The notes below the pieces were generated by a model. The model was not told the DNA's origin. It saw only the letters and a list, made by a program, of their open reading frames with translations, and searched no databases. Source: Bacillota bacterium (GTDB lineage Bacteria > Bacillota > Clostridia > Acetivibrionales > DTU013). From it: DNA of 57,983 nucleotides. The DNA is taken from contig JAEYRF010000225.1 of assembly GCA_023409615.1 (NCBI GenBank), positions 1 to 57,983 on the forward strand. Reading direction: 5' to 3'. The translations under genes and the position numbers were made by a program. Positions 56,201 to 57,983 of the stretch are shown here, piece after piece. Position 1 is the stretch's first letter. Every line of letters starts with the position of its first letter.

Positions 56201-57983
56201 CATTTAAAGCAACTTCAGCAAAATATGTTGTATATATAAGTGACGGAGCCATTTCAGAGCCTTCTGACCTGAGCACAGTAATGGGTTATGCAAGTACAGC
56301 GAAGCTTTATCTGGCTGGAGCGGATGAAATAAAGACACAACGGGAGCATGACAAATATTTTTCAATGACTGATGAAACTATAGATGTTGTGCTCGATGAA
56401 ATACTTAATTATTTTTCATCGAACAGTCCTGATGTTGAGCGATTCTACCTGCTTCAGAATGAGAATTTCGTGATGAATGCAGGTCAACTGGATCTTGAAA
56501 ACGATCCGATTGTTGAGACTGGGATGCAGTATGTTCATGAAGCTAACTATTATGATAATCCTACCGGCAATGAACCGGGAACGGTTGTGGAATTTAATGA
56601 AAATATCGGCTGGAGCGCTACCGTAAAGTCAAGCCTTAGCAACGTGGGCAAATATACGGTATATCGAAGGGTAAAGGATAAGCCCACAACTGATCCGAAT
56701 TTTGCGCAATACTCATATTACTCAGGCAATACATCTCTTGAAATTTATGTGGTGCGCAAACCGATTGCCCTTGCGACACTTGATTGGGATTACGACACGT
56801 CATCAAGCATATACAAGACAACCTGGATTGATCAGTCCTATGACCCTGATCACCAGTACAGCCGGGCAGATAAGGGAATTGTGGAACGAAATATTATGTG
56901 GAAAAGGTCAGGAGGCCAATGGAATTATGGTATTCCTGATAACCTTACACCCGGGAATTATGAACTGAATTACTATGTGCTTGATCCTGAGGGATATTGG
57001 TCGGATCCGTTTACAATGAACTTTACCTTGTCTGAGGCGCCGTCTATACAATTTACTGCTGCATTGCGTACACTAAATAGTGATTTCAGTCTTTCAGGAA
57101 TTCCTGCATCAGAAAAGCTGGAGGCATTTAATCTATGGACTCGCCACCCGCAAAATGTAAAGCTTGAAATGGCTTTATACAATGGCGCTTCACGGGTCAG
57201 TCCATTAAAAACTGTTACTTTCGGCGAATCCACCGGAACAAGGGTGAATAATGATATTACATGGAGTAATGTAATCTATCAGATTCCAGAAACATTGCCG
57301 GATCGTGCTTATGATTTCAGAATCTCAGCAGTTGGAGACGACGGGCAAAGAACAGATAAGAGTTTTATAGTAAACGTTTCTACTCCATTGAAGCTTGAAC
57401 CGGTCATGCCCGCTGAGGTTAATGGCGGGGTAACTACAGAGGTATCAGCACATACAACAGAATATGCCGAAGATGTGAATGTCATATTGTTCTATGGGAC
57501 TCCATATGCAAGGCCGCCATACACTTTAACTGAATTTGAAAATGCAGCAGGCGGAGGTAAACTGTGGGAGGGAAGTCCTAATGTACTGACCGGTATACCT
57601 GAAGGAGACTATGTTGCCAGATTTACCGCAACTGCACCTAATGGGACAACTCAGTCAAGAAATTTATCTTTCACATTGGTGAATCTCGGCATATCAAATG
57701 TCAGTATTAGCGGCTACTGGAATCACTGGCGCGGGCAGGTTGACATTTTTGGTAAACGCCTGACTAATGAGCCACACAGATTCCTGTCTCTGGAACGTGT
57801 CAAAATTAATGTTTCAACTATTGGAGAACCCGAACGTGTCACTATACGTTTCAGCCCTGAGCTTGAGGCAATGCAATACACTGATCCGAAAGGCCATTCC
57901 TATGATTATGCAGAAGACTTCTTTGACTATGATGTAGCATTTCCTGAGGATTCAACTTTTTCGGGCTCAGCGAATTCTATAGC
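53245..57983 (+). CDS. Giant secreted or membrane-anchored protein (at least 1579 aa, 3' end beyond the window) with a PKD-like module and a possible split vWA-like region
   Basis: It is absent from the ORF track because no stop occurs. I read all 79 sequence lines from 53281 onward in frame 1 and found no TAA, TAG or TGA. GGAGG lies upstream of the ATG at 53245. The N-terminus is MNIKIMSYRIIPVFLSVIILLTVILLTSFSAAG. The PKD-like stretch is YQWTFGGNTSQL...GIYSLTLKVKNTLGKWSDPYNVTFEV. Confidence 0.85.
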   Translation, partial: MNIKIMSYRIIPVFLSVIILLTVILLTSFSAAGEPRYESPGMTFMDETKAGKDLYEKYKIELPSLPGGGVPPQYITGPEGTKLYVNLKLWLDHSILCYGEWSDVPDNYKTSGTVGFKSSTQKPGYPVEKNKGYYLKNGRRGEYRYHGYDINGNKLTNLYFEVDSSVTKFDERAWIKNPWDELPLSYMHKPDHESIYNNAAIGFDPYPNPAVQPGVQNWINKAMQLYGGVPLIGAVVDPEVFRYLYVESAPTTLGLGQGRMWHERDNGSIWYQTIAVPQLTEKKNLPVEAEIVLLTELPENITDVGTAMDDMEITLEFEVSAILKDDDIFDDPVQQTVFYTRYDIKDWNITFSAPEQTEQADPKAINTVNRGSRKFRYTTTYGYLKAHSKSIGGKTTWNLHFTATARPNYKNGSYGLIDNAAYDLGIGVVQAPEPPAQVVVGFTPAPDIPEIAFDGVPFTASDISDMSIVEYRKVFVDGIEVDGSQFFSGSYIFPGAVGVNGRFAYVDCEYKVEGFPSETGKAVTRDVVYIYPTKPIANYKISSDTWKQNRLIKVQEASDEGNIRLVIDKYPIVEYQWTFGGNTSQLRKGADSDISKELLYKEPGIYSLTLKVKNTLGKWSDPYNVTFEVLEDIAPAVGVNLSESVYTRNDKVSAWYYLAASTDGDIIKSSEIELWHDSDNDGTVDKKLKTWSNQDEFPAFNPTKLGYYKYIISAKEDIIDDTLFQYITEEDKKSATYEVEFWVDNYQPISDLYVNIPIQRPSIDVYFMLDKNLSTEKADYIKSSRVNMSNWLLGKNIIPNVNIWDMKTYTYSQPANTSVNTGESYPSTTYVYSSSGYSGTLERTSVSNNSYSRDQGKYETRQESKSLSQAASNTNSVTYRWSGSSWVQVGKDESQLPSSRSYTDSSGYSGTLQKSSGIKTGTSGSAPSNPNIGQTYTYYSYWSCTYSGTVYRTVNVWVPNIVWYDNYTGYYSGTINKNVRQPYTDPFKATSAKYVVYISDGAISEPSDLSTVMGYASTAKLYLAGADEIKTQREHDKYFSMTDETIDVVLDEILNYFSSNSPDVERFYLLQNENFVMNAGQLDLENDPIVETGMQYVHEANYYDNPTGNEPGTVVEFNENIGWSATVKSSLSNVGKYTVYRRVKDKPTTDPNFAQYSYYSGNTSLEIYVVRKPIALATLDWDYDTSSSIYKTTWIDQSYDPDHQYSRADKGIVERNIMWKRSGGQWNYGIPDNLTPGNYELNYYVLDPEGYWSDPFTMNFTLSEAPSIQFTAALRTLNSDFSLSGIPASEKLEAFNLWTRHPQNVKLEMALYNGASRVSPLKTVTFGESTGTRVNNDITWSNVIYQIPETLPDRAYDFRISAVGDDGQRTDKSFIVNVSTPLKLEPVMPAEVNGGVTTEVSAHTTEYAEDVNVILFYGTPYARPPYTLTEFENAAGGGKLWEGSPNVLTGIPEGDYVARFTATAPNGTTQSRNLSFTLVNLGISNVSISGYWNHWRGQVDIFGKRLTNEPHRFLSLERVKINVSTIGEPERVTIRFSPELEAMQYTDPKGHSYDYAEDFFDYDVAFPEDSTFSGSANSI

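Noticed and set aside
1-57983. CRISPR arrays, IS elements, prophage or restriction-modification modules
   Set aside because: I saw no regularly spaced direct repeats, no transposase or integrase-like ORFs, no terminal inverted repeats around coding cassettes, and no methyltransferase or endonuclease motifs on either strand.

Overview
This is a chromosomal segment from a Gram-positive, S-layer-bearing Bacillota organism that looks Clostridia-like. Supporting signs are GGAGG-type ribosome binding sites (RBS), many SLH wall anchors, HelD, PepF and YjcZ-like mini-peptides. I count about 45 protein genes and one tRNA-Arg(CCU). I recognise no transposase, integrase, prophage gene or CRISPR array.

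Layout:
- 1-20.2 kb: a cell-surface island with five SLH-domain proteins (Ig/InlB-repeat, beta-helix-like, about 10 FN3 repeats, an unknown domain, and an RCC1 propeller). It is interleaved with a MerR/GyrI regulator, a zinc-ribbon protein, tRNA-Arg, an Fe-S aldo/keto reductase, an aldose 1-epimerase, and an AraC regulator plus a paralogous stand-alone sensor domain.
- 20.4-23.4 kb: the peptidases PepF and an M29 aminopeptidase.
- 23.5-28.9 kb: a HisKA_3/NarL two-component system plus an ABC-2 exporter.
- 28.9-34.9 kb: an SNF2/SWIM helicase divergent from a MalT/LAL-type LuxR regulator.
- 35.1-39.6 kb: a second HisKA_3/NarL system plus a translationally coupled operon (lipoprotein, PLDc_N peptide, ABC ATPase, permease).
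- 39.7-44.9 kb: HelD, an SLH-transglutaminase protein and small hydrophobic peptides.
- 45.1 kb to the window end: a Tad/Flp1-type pilus locus. It runs PilZ, TadZ/CpaE, CpaF/TadA, TadB, TadC, Flp pilin, then an FHA membrane protein, an SLH protein and a giant secreted protein.

The supplied ORF track misses the two edge-truncated genes. The first gene is open to position 1. An uninterrupted reading frame of more than 4.7 kb, from 53245 to 57983, has no stop codon and is absent from the track. Several genes under 60 aa are also missing.

The best candidate for an undescribed system is the Tad locus with its non-canonical downstream genes. All domain calls come from reading motifs by eye, because no searches could be run.
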